32,000 nucleotides of DNA from Candidatus Korarchaeum cryptofilum OPF8. GTDB taxonomy: Archaea > Korarchaeota > Korarchaeia > Korarchaeales > Korarchaeaceae. The stretch covers positions 270,001 through 302,000 of the forward strand of contig NC_010482.1 in NCBI RefSeq assembly GCF_000019605.1, written 5' to 3'. Numbering within the stretch: position 1 is the stretch's first letter; each line of letters starts with the position of its first letter. The notes under the pieces were generated by a model that did not search any database, was not told where the DNA came from, and worked only from the letters and a program-made list of their open reading frames with translations. Of this stretch, positions 1 to 9,054 are shown piece by piece. Position numbers and translations under genes: made by a program.

Positions 1-14
1 GCGAGGAGGAAGAG

Positions 15-644
15 ATGAGAGCGCTCCCCATAATCCTCTTTCTTTTATTCTCAGTGCTCCCCTTATCAGCTCAGGATCCGCTGATCTACAAGAGAGCTGA
101 GGTGATAATAGCTCTGAGGGATGACGGCTCTGCCACTATGAGCTTGAGTTATGAGATAGAGAACAGGGCCTGGGTCCCAGTGGTGCCTGGCTACGGTTAC
201 CTAGAGTTCAACAGCGGCAGGATATTGAAGGCATCAGCTTCAATCAATGGCAAGAAGACTGAGGTGATTGTCAACGGGAGCAACTTAAGATACTCGATTT
301 GGGAGGTAATAGAGCCGGGGAAGGCCATAAATGTGAGAGTCAACGTAACAGTATCAGATTTCCTGAGCAAAGGCATAATATTCGATGAGTTCCAAGCGAG
401 GATAGGGCCCTTCTCATACGAAGTTGAGGAAGTTGATCTTAGGGTGATACCCCCGAATGGGATGAACATAGTTTACCTGAAGGGAGAGGGAAGGCCCCTG
501 AAGCCGGGAGAAGCTATAGATATAGAGGGAGAGGTCTCAGCGCTCCCGCTCCCGAACATAGGGGTCAGATGGTACCCCTTAGTCTGGCTGATAATAATAG
601 CCGCTTCTATATCAGCTGTAGTCCTAATGGGGAGGAGGAGGTAA
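15..644 (+). CDS. Small membrane-anchored or secreted protein (signal-like N-terminus, beta-rich ectodomain, C-terminal TM helix followed by RRR)
   Basis: ATG at 15 is preceded by GAGGAGGA. The N-terminus MRALPIILFLLFSVLPLSAQ looks like a signal peptide. The C-terminus WYPLVWLIIIAASISAVVLMGRRR looks like a membrane anchor. The TAA stop (642-644) abuts the start of the giant ORF. No family recognised. Confidence 0.6.
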   Translation: MRALPIILFLLFSVLPLSAQDPLIYKRAEVIIALRDDGSATMSLSYEIENRAWVPVVPGYGYLEFNSGRILKASASINGKKTEVIVNGSNLRYSIWEVIEPGKAINVRVNVTVSDFLSKGIIFDEFQARIGPFSYEVEEVDLRVIPPNGMNIVYLKGEGRPLKPGEAIDIEGEVSALPLPNIGVRWYPLVWLIIIAASISAVVLMGRRR

Positions 645-3600
645 TTGCGGGTCCCGCTAATTTTATTCATCTCTCTCATCCCAATCCTCTTAATAGATGC
701 GATACCCCAGATACAACTGGATAGGGGACTCTTGAGCCCTGGGGATATCCTGAATGTTAGGATCTTCCGAGCTTGCGATGTTAAGCTCCTAGGGGAGAAT
801 TTGAGCGTACAGCTCTTCAAAGGGAGCTCAGATTACTTAGAGCTCAAGGTCAATACTTCTAGCATGAAGCCGGGCGTCTACAGGATAGTGAACTCATGCG
901 ATGGATTTGAAGCGGAAGCTAACTTCACGCTTGACGAGCTCTATATAGAAGTCCTCTCTCCGGAGCCCAACGTTATAGAAGTGGTAGCTAAGACCGAGCT
1001 TCTCGGACCGGTCAATGCCTCGATAACCGTTAACGGTGAGCCTTACAAATCTCCATTTAAAGCGGATCCAGGGGATTACTATATAGAGGCGAATTTCTCG
1101 GGCCTTAGAGCTTCCAAACATATACATCTGCCTGAGATATATATGAGGGAATACTTACTGCCTCAAGATGATGTCGAGATCACTATAAGGGGAGATGAGA
1201 AGCCCTATCTGAAGATAATAACTCCCCTGAACTCATCAATGATCCCGGATCTCGAGAGGGTCAATTCCACTCACTGGTCCTCGAGGTTCAAATTGCCTCA
1301 GTCCATAGCCCTCGGTAACTACAGCTTGATAGTGGAGATGGGCAATATAACGCTCGAGAGGGAGTTCGTGGTAACGAGTATAGTGATAGATTACTCCAAT
1401 GGGAGCCTAAGGGCTAAGGATGCCTTGAGCGGGGAGCCAATAAGGGGGAATATAACCGTGGAATCTTGCTTCTGGAACTTTACATCACAATTCAATGGGA
1501 GCATAGAGCTCGGAGGACCTGCTGAGGTGACTATAAACGATGAGAGGGGCCTCAGATACTCCTTCGAGATAGAGGGTGTATCTACAGATAGGGACGTTTA
1601 CTTCCCAGGGGATACGTTGAGGGTATGCTCATCCGGAGGGAACCTGATAATAAGGTCCCCGACCGGGAGGGTTCTGCTAGATTCCGAAGTCCCCCCGGGG
1701 ATATATGAGTACCCACTGGTCAGGGACGTTAAGATAGGTGAGTATTCGGTAGAACTGAATGGGGTCTCGAGGAACTTTTACGTGGACAACTACTCGATAG
1801 ATGCTAGCTTCACCGGTGACTATGTGGAGGGAAGGGTCAGCTATTACTCCATAGCGCCGAATTCGGTCAGCTACCTCGCTCTGCCCTCGAACTTGAGCGG
1901 AGAATCCAGAGTGATGAACGGTAGCTTCAGGATATACCTTCCCGATTCCGAGGAAGTCATATTGAAGTGCGGGAATGCTGAGATGAGGCTGAGTAAAAAC
2001 TGCTCCTCGACTTCCCTAGATGGCCTGAGGCTTGAGGCTAATGGTTCATGCGTAAAAGCCGCTAAGGTTGAGAGCGGAATATACGTCAGCGTCAGATCCC
2101 ATAGCAATTTCACGGCGATACTCAGAGTCCATGGATCCGAGGAGCTGGAGGCATTCAGTGAGGATGGGAAACAACTTCACCTGAGGACGAGATTTTCAGG
2201 TGGTGTTCAGGAATTTCTATTGGAGGATGGATCACCTAATGATCCCGATGGTACTGCAAATGGACTTTTCAATATGATACTGCGCCCAAAGAGCTCAGAA
2301 GCCAATAAGAGCATTGAGAAGGAGATGAGGAAGGAGGTTAAGCTGTATAAGGGGCCGAAGATAGTGAAAGAGATCTCAGTCAAGGGATCTGGGAAGAAAT
2401 GGAAGGTAAAATTCTACAGGGTGGAAAGTTTCGAGAATTTAACGGGGATGTTCCAGCTCAAAAACGGGCTATTCGTGAAGGAGGAGGAAGTAGGAGAAGC
2501 TGAGGAGATAAAAGTTAGGAGCATATTGATAGCAGATGGGAAGATATTGGTGGAACTGGGGGAGAAAAGCGGGTGGGTTAGGGTATCAGTTGAGCTTCCT
2601 AAGGGGGCTCTAGTGAAGGAAGTTCTGGCAGAGGATGAGAATGGGACGAGGGTGATAGATGCGTGGTACCAGAGGGGGAATGAGCTGGTATTCTACGATG
2701 ACCCGAGCAGATATTACTACATTTTATATGGGGTCCCGCCCTGGTGGGATCCAGATGGCGTAGCTCAGGGGTACGATTGGCACTACAGGGTCCCCCTGCA
2801 GCTCCCTACCCTCAGAAAGGATCACACGATATGGTTGGATGTGAACTTCAACAAACTATTATCGCTTCTCAACGTCACCGGGACCTTCGATCCCAACTCA
2901 GTCAGGGTGGTGGATGATCAGGGGAACTTAGTTCCTAAGCAGGAATTCGTGCCGCTCGGTAGCGGAATTGGAAGAGTGAAGTTCATCCTGCATAAGGATC
3001 TGGGGAGCCCCTCCACATTCTACATATACTTCGATATAACTGAGAACGGGGCAAAACCATATCTGAATACTCTGAATGCAGGCCTGGATTCGGGTACGCT
3101 CAATTACTGGACCTACGGTAAGAACCCCTCTACTATATCATCGATAATACAAGCGAGCCCTCCAGGCCCTTACACAGTTTACGACCCATACGGAACTCCA
3201 AACTACATTACAGACGATGGGAATCCAGTTTTCGGTGGCTACTCCCTCGTTCTAGGCTATAGGACACCGAGCGGGAGCGAGGATTCTACCTCTACTGGGG
3301 AGGATACTTGGGCTTATTACGAGTTCACCGTGCCAGCTGATGGAGGTAAGCTCTACTTCTGGTATAGAGTTGAGTCATGGGACTCGGTAAACTACGATTA
3401 CTTCAGGGCCGAGCTCAGGAATACTGCCGGGAGTACTCTCGCTACTATAGTGAACAATTACAATCCAAATCCAGGGAATAATTATGGGCCATTTGCAGAC
3501 TCAGGCTGGCTCTCAGCTTCATTAGATCTCTCGCCTTACGCCGGTCAGACGGTGAGAGCTTACTTCCTCGTCCACACATATAGTGATGCTCTCTATAAGA

Positions 3601-6600
3601 CTTGGGCCTATATAGATAACTTGACGTGGGCTCCCGTGAATTTAACATCCTCCCTAGTTTCCAACATGGTCGAGGGCTTCGGAGTTCATGTTATCTCACC
3701 GGAAGGAGCCCTCTCATACGGCCCTGTTAAAGTTGAGGCTAAGGTGGATGCGAAGCCCTCAAGAGTAATAGCGAGGATATACAATCCACTAGGTGCTCTA
3801 GTGGCCACAGCTCAGCTCTACGATGATGGGACGAATGGAGATGCTGTTCCTAACGATGGGATATATACTAACGCTAACGCTTACACGCTCTCGCAAGGCT
3901 CGCCATTCGGGAAGTGGAGGGTAATAGTATTAGCTAACGATTCCTCTACCTCAATCTACCCAGGCTACTCCGGGCTAATACACATACCCGGGAGGCCTCT
4001 CGAAGTCAACTACACGGACTTCTTCAATGTAGATGAAACATATTTCTACTTCAGGCCAGTTAGAGGAAAAGTTTTTGAAGATAGGGAGCCCCTGGCTACT
4101 TACGGCAGCGAGGATAGGCCTATGAGTAATGTTCTTGTATATGCACTCAAGGATAATGGAGACGGTGTCTTCAACCCGCTCGATGATACCTTATTCACAT
4201 GGGGCAAGACGGGTAGCGATGGCTCCTATACTTTCTCAATCCAAGACGGCAGATACTTCGTGGTCGTTAACTCGAAGAACCTGACAGCCGAGCTCAATTC
4301 GGGCCACTCTATAGATGAGACCTGGGCCGAGCAGACATATCAGGTCGAGTGGAATGGTAGCGCTTACGTTGGCAAAGCAAAATATGGAGGGCTGAATCCC
4401 ACAGTAAGCGACTCCTGCCTCAGCTTAGTTTTCATGGATGACTTCGAGGTCTGGCAGGGATGGGTCAATTACGGTTCAGGCAGTGTCGCTCAATCAAATG
4501 CTGAGTTCTACAATGGAAGCTACAGCCTCGTCAGGAATGCAAATAACGAGCCAAACGGTGGATACAAGCTCATAGGAACTACTATAGGGAGGGGCTACAT
4601 TCTCCAAGGCTATGCGTTCAGACCAATAGGATCAAACGGCAGGGTCAGCATTGGGCTGGTTGATGGCAATTACAATGGTTACAGCTTCATCGTCGATCAC
4701 AGTAGCAATGTAATTCAGATAGTCCGCAGGGTAAATGGGGCAATAACTGCCACAATCTCCACATTGAGCTATAATCCTCCCGAGGGAAGTTGGTACTTCT
4801 GGAAGCTCATACTCTTAACTAATAACACGATAATATTCAGGCTTTATGATACGAATGGGAACCTCCTCGCTCAAACGAGGGCAACGGACTCCACTTACAA
4901 CAGCTTCGACAGAGTGTTAGTTCAGGGGGATGCCACTTACTACATAGATACTTTAGCCCTCTGGCGTATCCCAGATAGGTGCGAGCACATAACTACGATA
5001 GATACCAGCAATTACATGGGGGAGAGCCTCGACTTCGGGTTCAGTTATGAGGTGATAGTGAACACTAGGGATGCTGATGATGATCCAGGGATTAGGACAT
5101 GCCAGGGTTGCTTGAGGCAGTTCATAATGAACTCGAATGCTGTAAAGGGGATGCAGAAGAGCTACTTCCTCATACCTAAGAGCGATCCCAATTATTTGCA
5201 GGAGAGCTTGGGCTCATCCCTTATAGACGTATGGAGGATAAAGCTCTCCTCGAATCTTCCTCAGATGACTGACGATGTCAACCTAACGGCTAAGACTCAA
5301 TCAGGAGCTTATGGATTCGTGGAAGGTAAGTACGTTGGCCTCGATAACCACAGGATCCCAGACTTCGAGACCCCCAGGATAGAGGTGGATGGCAATGGCT
5401 ACGAGGTATTCAATGCGAGCGCTAGGAGAGCTCAGATAGAGGGCTTCAGTATATACAACGCGCCTTACGCTATAATCGTCAGGGGGAGCGATAACAGATA
5501 TACGATAAGGGATAACTTCATAGGAGCATACGCGAATGGATCGAACTCTCTAAAGGTGATCTTCGGGATAAGCGTGGGCAAATACTCGACTTCAACAATC
5601 TCCAGCAATTTATCAGCTTTCATAAGGCATAATATAGCGATCTCGGGTCATTACGGAATTGTCGTTAACAGCGGGAACATAGCTAATGCCACGATAGAGG
5701 ATAACTGGGTGAGGGAGTGCGGAGCTGGCTATAGCGTCGGGGATGGGATAAGCCTCCAGACTAACGGTAATAAAGTCATCCACAATTTCATTGAGAGGAA
5801 TAGGAATGATGGGAGCACATCAAGGATAGATGGAGGAGCTGGCGTGGAGCTGGTCGTCTGGGTCCCGGAGCAGAGCTCCGGATTGAATTTAGTGCTGAAC
5901 AATACGATAGTGAATAATTCGAGGTGGGGTATCAGTGTCCTCTCGAGCTACACTAAGGCTTTAATAGAGAAGAACGTGATCTACGGGAATCAAATAGGGG
6001 TAATCGTTCAAGGAACTTCCGTAGCTAATATAACGAGGAACAGCATATTCAATAACTCGAGGGTAGGGATAGACCTCGATATATCCGGCAACCCGAATGG
6101 GGATGATGTATCACTCAACGATGGAGCTCTATCAGCGAATCAGCCGAACAAGGGGATGGATTATCCCGTCATAACATCAGCTATCCTTTACGGCAGCACC
6201 CTTCAGCTGAGTGGATATATTGGAACGGGCCCAAGCTCAACTTTCGCGAACTCCATCGTGGACATCTACTTAGTCAGGAACTCGACGAAAGGAGATAATC
6301 TGACAGGAAACGATCTCTCCTTAGGCGGGACTCTCCCAGATAAGTACGGTGAGGGCTGGATATGGCTCGGGAGGCTCTCCGCCGGTAGCGATGGGAGGTT
6401 CGAGGGAGCCTTGGCTGCCCCTCAAGTTGACTGCAGTTCCCTGATAACGGCCACAGCCACTCTGAATGGGACATCCGAGTTCGGCCCGGATTTCCACGTC
6501 ATATGCAGGAGGAACGTATCCGCTTCCATAAGAGTATCCGGGAGCTCCGCTGTCCTAAATGTAACAGCTCACGGATTGAAGCAGTACAATATCATAGCTT

Positions 6601-8285
6601 ACTGGATAAAACCGCAAAACGTGGATATAGCCTCTATGAGCGGAGATTATGATTCCTATGGTTCTAGCGGTGATGTTTACTGGTGGTCATTCGATCAGAT
6701 AGATGCAGGTGAGACGAAGCACGTCTATCTGACTCTCTCCTTCTCAGGTGATTACAACTTGATCGATGCTTTCAACGTAGGCATAGATCCCCCGGGTTTG
6801 AGCGTAGAGATGAGGGAGTTCGCATCTCTCTCATTCAATCCCGACGGTAGCTATGTAGTCAGCAGGCTCTGGGGATTCTTAACGATTAACAACTCATCCC
6901 CTGATGTTATCTCAAATTTAGCACTGGATATCGATGCCCCTGGCTACACATTCTACCTGGATTATCCCCTTCCATCCAGCACGCCTCTGAGCCCCCCGTT
7001 AACTTATCAATGGCTCCCTCCGGGGAGCTACGTGAGGTGGAGGTACGAGGGGCCCCCATCGGAGGCTAGGGTTCCGCTGAGGATACGCGGGACAGGCTTC
7101 AATTGCGGCACTACGATAGAGGTATCAGCGTTGGATGATATAGATAACGTGACGATAAGGGGTTTCGGAGATATCTGGAGAATCGGTAGCATGAAGAGAG
7201 GGGAAAGAGTCAGCAGGACCTTCAGAGTAGGTAATATCGGTTGTCGAAACTATACCTTAGCCGTTGAGTTCGCTTATCCTAGCACATCTCTCTCAGGGAA
7301 GTTGAGGGCGTTGAGAGGGGTGAGCGACGCATCCGTCGAAGTTACGAAGGAGATGAATGGAAGCTCAGTTAGGGTCAGGGCATCGTTCAGGAATGGGGCT
7401 AAGGAGCTCATCTACAACTTGACTAGGATATGCATAATGAGGTCGCAATCTGGACCCGTATTGGCTTGCGAGACGCCCAATGTAATTCTGAGGCCTGGAG
7501 AGGGATACGAATCCTCCTATTACAGCGAGACAGTTAGCGGAGTTCCCGTCTATTATTCGAACGCTAGCTTCACGATAGTGCCCAGTGTGAGTGGAGTGAT
7601 GGTCCCGCTCGAGGATATAGCCTCAAGTTATTACTTAGCCACCGCTCTCCTCTCTCAAAGGGTGTGCTGCGAGAGAGGGGCTGCGATCACGACAATCCCT
7701 ATGCCAACAACTAAGACGCTCACTACAACTCCCCGGGGGGCCGAGGTCACAGTACCGCCGACAACTGCGACTCAGCCGACTACTACGACTCAGATGACTA
7801 CTACGCAAGTTGCGACTGAAACAGTCAGGACTGAGACAACCAAAACTACACCAATCAAAACTACTACTGAGATCGGGAATATATCTCTAGGAAGCCCAGT
7901 AGTGCTCAGGACAGGGATCCCGTTCCTGATGACGCTCGGGTTCCCCTTCATCCTCGCTATCTTCCTCCTCAGGAGGAGGGAGAGTGAAGTAGTGGTCGAT
8001 TACGATATACTGAGCTCCTTATATACTAGGGGCCTCCTTCCGAGGGCTTCCAGTATGTTCAGATTCGCTATGACTGACGTAACCCTCTTGAGAGTCATGG
8101 CAGATACTGAGTTGTTCAACGCGATTCAGAGAGTACATTTCAACGTATATCCATCCTCGAGCGAGGAGATAGCTAATGCCCTCTCTCTATCTCCCGATCC
8201 GGAGATAGTAGAGAGATTCCTGGCTAGATCCCTCGCATCCAGGCTGGATACGGATCTCCTCTCGGAAATGCTCTATGGGAGGTGA
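645..8285 (+). CDS. Giant (2546 aa) multi-domain cell-surface protein, probably heavily glycosylated (adhesin or S-layer-associated type)
   Basis: Uninterrupted 7.6-kb ORF with a TTG start at 645 and GGAGGAGGAGG just upstream. Hydrophobic N-terminus RVPLILFISLIPILLIDA. About 50 N-x-S/T sequons by manual count. Cna-B/SdrD-like segment VRGKVFEDRE...GSDGSYTF (~4050-4280). Jelly-roll/LamG-like segments (~3230-3640, ~4430-4970). Parallel beta-helix repeats IRDNFI, IRHNIAIS, IEDNWV, IHNFIE, LNNTIVNN, IEKNVIYGN, ITRNSIFNN (~5440-6130). Thr-rich linker (~7690-7875), TM helix plus RRR (7915-7979), then a ~100-aa tail. Confidence 0.85.
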   Translation: MRVPLILFISLIPILLIDAIPQIQLDRGLLSPGDILNVRIFRACDVKLLGENLSVQLFKGSSDYLELKVNTSSMKPGVYRIVNSCDGFEAEANFTLDELYIEVLSPEPNVIEVVAKTELLGPVNASITVNGEPYKSPFKADPGDYYIEANFSGLRASKHIHLPEIYMREYLLPQDDVEITIRGDEKPYLKIITPLNSSMIPDLERVNSTHWSSRFKLPQSIALGNYSLIVEMGNITLEREFVVTSIVIDYSNGSLRAKDALSGEPIRGNITVESCFWNFTSQFNGSIELGGPAEVTINDERGLRYSFEIEGVSTDRDVYFPGDTLRVCSSGGNLIIRSPTGRVLLDSEVPPGIYEYPLVRDVKIGEYSVELNGVSRNFYVDNYSIDASFTGDYVEGRVSYYSIAPNSVSYLALPSNLSGESRVMNGSFRIYLPDSEEVILKCGNAEMRLSKNCSSTSLDGLRLEANGSCVKAAKVESGIYVSVRSHSNFTAILRVHGSEELEAFSEDGKQLHLRTRFSGGVQEFLLEDGSPNDPDGTANGLFNMILRPKSSEANKSIEKEMRKEVKLYKGPKIVKEISVKGSGKKWKVKFYRVESFENLTGMFQLKNGLFVKEEEVGEAEEIKVRSILIADGKILVELGEKSGWVRVSVELPKGALVKEVLAEDENGTRVIDAWYQRGNELVFYDDPSRYYYILYGVPPWWDPDGVAQGYDWHYRVPLQLPTLRKDHTIWLDVNFNKLLSLLNVTGTFDPNSVRVVDDQGNLVPKQEFVPLGSGIGRVKFILHKDLGSPSTFYIYFDITENGAKPYLNTLNAGLDSGTLNYWTYGKNPSTISSIIQASPPGPYTVYDPYGTPNYITDDGNPVFGGYSLVLGYRTPSGSEDSTSTGEDTWAYYEFTVPADGGKLYFWYRVESWDSVNYDYFRAELRNTAGSTLATIVNNYNPNPGNNYGPFADSGWLSASLDLSPYAGQTVRAYFLVHTYSDALYKTWAYIDNLTWAPVNLTSSLVSNMVEGFGVHVISPEGALSYGPVKVEAKVDAKPSRVIARIYNPLGALVATAQLYDDGTNGDAVPNDGIYTNANAYTLSQGSPFGKWRVIVLANDSSTSIYPGYSGLIHIPGRPLEVNYTDFFNVDETYFYFRPVRGKVFEDREPLATYGSEDRPMSNVLVYALKDNGDGVFNPLDDTLFTWGKTGSDGSYTFSIQDGRYFVVVNSKNLTAELNSGHSIDETWAEQTYQVEWNGSAYVGKAKYGGLNPTVSDSCLSLVFMDDFEVWQGWVNYGSGSVAQSNAEFYNGSYSLVRNANNEPNGGYKLIGTTIGRGYILQGYAFRPIGSNGRVSIGLVDGNYNGYSFIVDHSSNVIQIVRRVNGAITATISTLSYNPPEGSWYFWKLILLTNNTIIFRLYDTNGNLLAQTRATDSTYNSFDRVLVQGDATYYIDTLALWRIPDRCEHITTIDTSNYMGESLDFGFSYEVIVNTRDADDDPGIRTCQGCLRQFIMNSNAVKGMQKSYFLIPKSDPNYLQESLGSSLIDVWRIKLSSNLPQMTDDVNLTAKTQSGAYGFVEGKYVGLDNHRIPDFETPRIEVDGNGYEVFNASARRAQIEGFSIYNAPYAIIVRGSDNRYTIRDNFIGAYANGSNSLKVIFGISVGKYSTSTISSNLSAFIRHNIAISGHYGIVVNSGNIANATIEDNWVRECGAGYSVGDGISLQTNGNKVIHNFIERNRNDGSTSRIDGGAGVELVVWVPEQSSGLNLVLNNTIVNNSRWGISVLSSYTKALIEKNVIYGNQIGVIVQGTSVANITRNSIFNNSRVGIDLDISGNPNGDDVSLNDGALSANQPNKGMDYPVITSAILYGSTLQLSGYIGTGPSSTFANSIVDIYLVRNSTKGDNLTGNDLSLGGTLPDKYGEGWIWLGRLSAGSDGRFEGALAAPQVDCSSLITATATLNGTSEFGPDFHVICRRNVSASIRVSGSSAVLNVTAHGLKQYNIIAYWIKPQNVDIASMSGDYDSYGSSGDVYWWSFDQIDAGETKHVYLTLSFSGDYNLIDAFNVGIDPPGLSVEMREFASLSFNPDGSYVVSRLWGFLTINNSSPDVISNLALDIDAPGYTFYLDYPLPSSTPLSPPLTYQWLPPGSYVRWRYEGPPSEARVPLRIRGTGFNCGTTIEVSALDDIDNVTIRGFGDIWRIGSMKRGERVSRTFRVGNIGCRNYTLAVEFAYPSTSLSGKLRALRGVSDASVEVTKEMNGSSVRVRASFRNGAKELIYNLTRICIMRSQSGPVLACETPNVILRPGEGYESSYYSETVSGVPVYYSNASFTIVPSVSGVMVPLEDIASSYYLATALLSQRVCCERGAAITTIPMPTTKTLTTTPRGAEVTVPPTTATQPTTTTQMTTTQVATETVRTETTKTTPIKTTTEIGNISLGSPVVLRTGIPFLMTLGFPFILAIFLLRRRESEVVVDYDILSSLYTRGLLPRASSMFRFAMTDVTLLRVMADTELFNAIQRVHFNVYPSSSEEIANALSLSPDPEIVERFLARSLASRLDTDLLSEMLYGR

Positions 8286-8291
8286 TGTTTT

Positions 8292-9032
8292 ATGGTTGAG
8301 GATATATTGAGGTTGGCTCTAGAATCCCTGGGTAGTGGGAGTTATGAGAGGATAAGGGGTCTCTTGATGAGGAGACTGGGGGCCGAGCCCTCCTCAGTCT
8401 TACTCAATGACCCCAGTGAGTTCATCCGGGCTCTCAAGGATTCCTTGGGAGGGGAAGCCGATAGTTGCTTGACAGCTATAGCTACTGTCCTCAGGGCCAG
8501 AGGGGTCGATATGGACAAGGATAAACTCGAGGGGATATTGATGAAAGGGGATAGGGAGGAAGTGAAGCGTATCTTCCTCGGAGGCTTATCTGGACAGGAT
8601 ATCTACGGGAGGATATTGATGGATCAGCTCGATATCATAGGGAGGAGGAGAGTTAGAGCAGCTATCCTCAGCTCTATATTGATAGGGACAGCGATATTCC
8701 TCTTCACATACCTGATGACGATAATCCTGCAGTACTACATACCGCCCGACCTGAGGGCTACTTCTCTCTTCATAGGGGCCGTCATATCCGTAGCTGTAGC
8801 GATAGAGAATTACTTAATAACGATGCCCAAGCTCCCATCTGGAGCTCGTATAAAGGTGAAAGTCGTGGATCAGGAAGCGTTGAAAGGCTCTATCCTATCT
8901 GGCTACCTTAAAGCGGGTGAAACTAAGCTAGATCTACTGAAGTTCTCGAGGGAGCTCGGTGTAACGCCTAACGATGTGGTGAAGGAGATAGACAGGTTGA
9001 GGAGGGAGGGGAAGCTCTCGATAGAATTTTAA
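8292..9032 (+). CDS. Membrane protein with a soluble N-terminal domain, two central TM helices and a C-terminal winged-helix-like domain
   Basis: ATG at 8292 lies 6 nt after the giant ORF stop, and GGGAGGTGA overlaps that stop. TM segments are AAILSSILIGTAIFLFTYLMTIIL and SLFIGAVISVAVAIENYLI. The C-terminus LDLLKFSRELGVTPNDVVKEIDRLRREGKLSIEF resembles a wHTH recognition unit. No family firmly recognised. Confidence 0.65.
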   Translation: MVEDILRLALESLGSGSYERIRGLLMRRLGAEPSSVLLNDPSEFIRALKDSLGGEADSCLTAIATVLRARGVDMDKDKLEGILMKGDREEVKRIFLGGLSGQDIYGRILMDQLDIIGRRRVRAAILSSILIGTAIFLFTYLMTIILQYYIPPDLRATSLFIGAVISVAVAIENYLITMPKLPSGARIKVKVVDQEALKGSILSGYLKAGETKLDLLKFSRELGVTPNDVVKEIDRLRREGKLSIEF

Positions 9033-9054
9033 TTTATACTACTCCGCTCGACTT

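Noticed and set aside
197-6474. Minus-strand ORFs inside the giant gene (197-469, 473-820, 894-1127, 1871-2113, 3445-3648, 6274-6474)
   Set aside because: They are short, low-complexity or Ser/Arg/Leu-rich shadows antisense to a strongly supported long ORF. They have no start context or recognisable motif.
7940-7979. PGF-CTERM/archaeosortase sorting signal in the giant protein
   Set aside because: The motif reads LGFPF rather than PGF, and the segment is not C-terminal because 100 residues follow. I report only the resemblance and make no such call.
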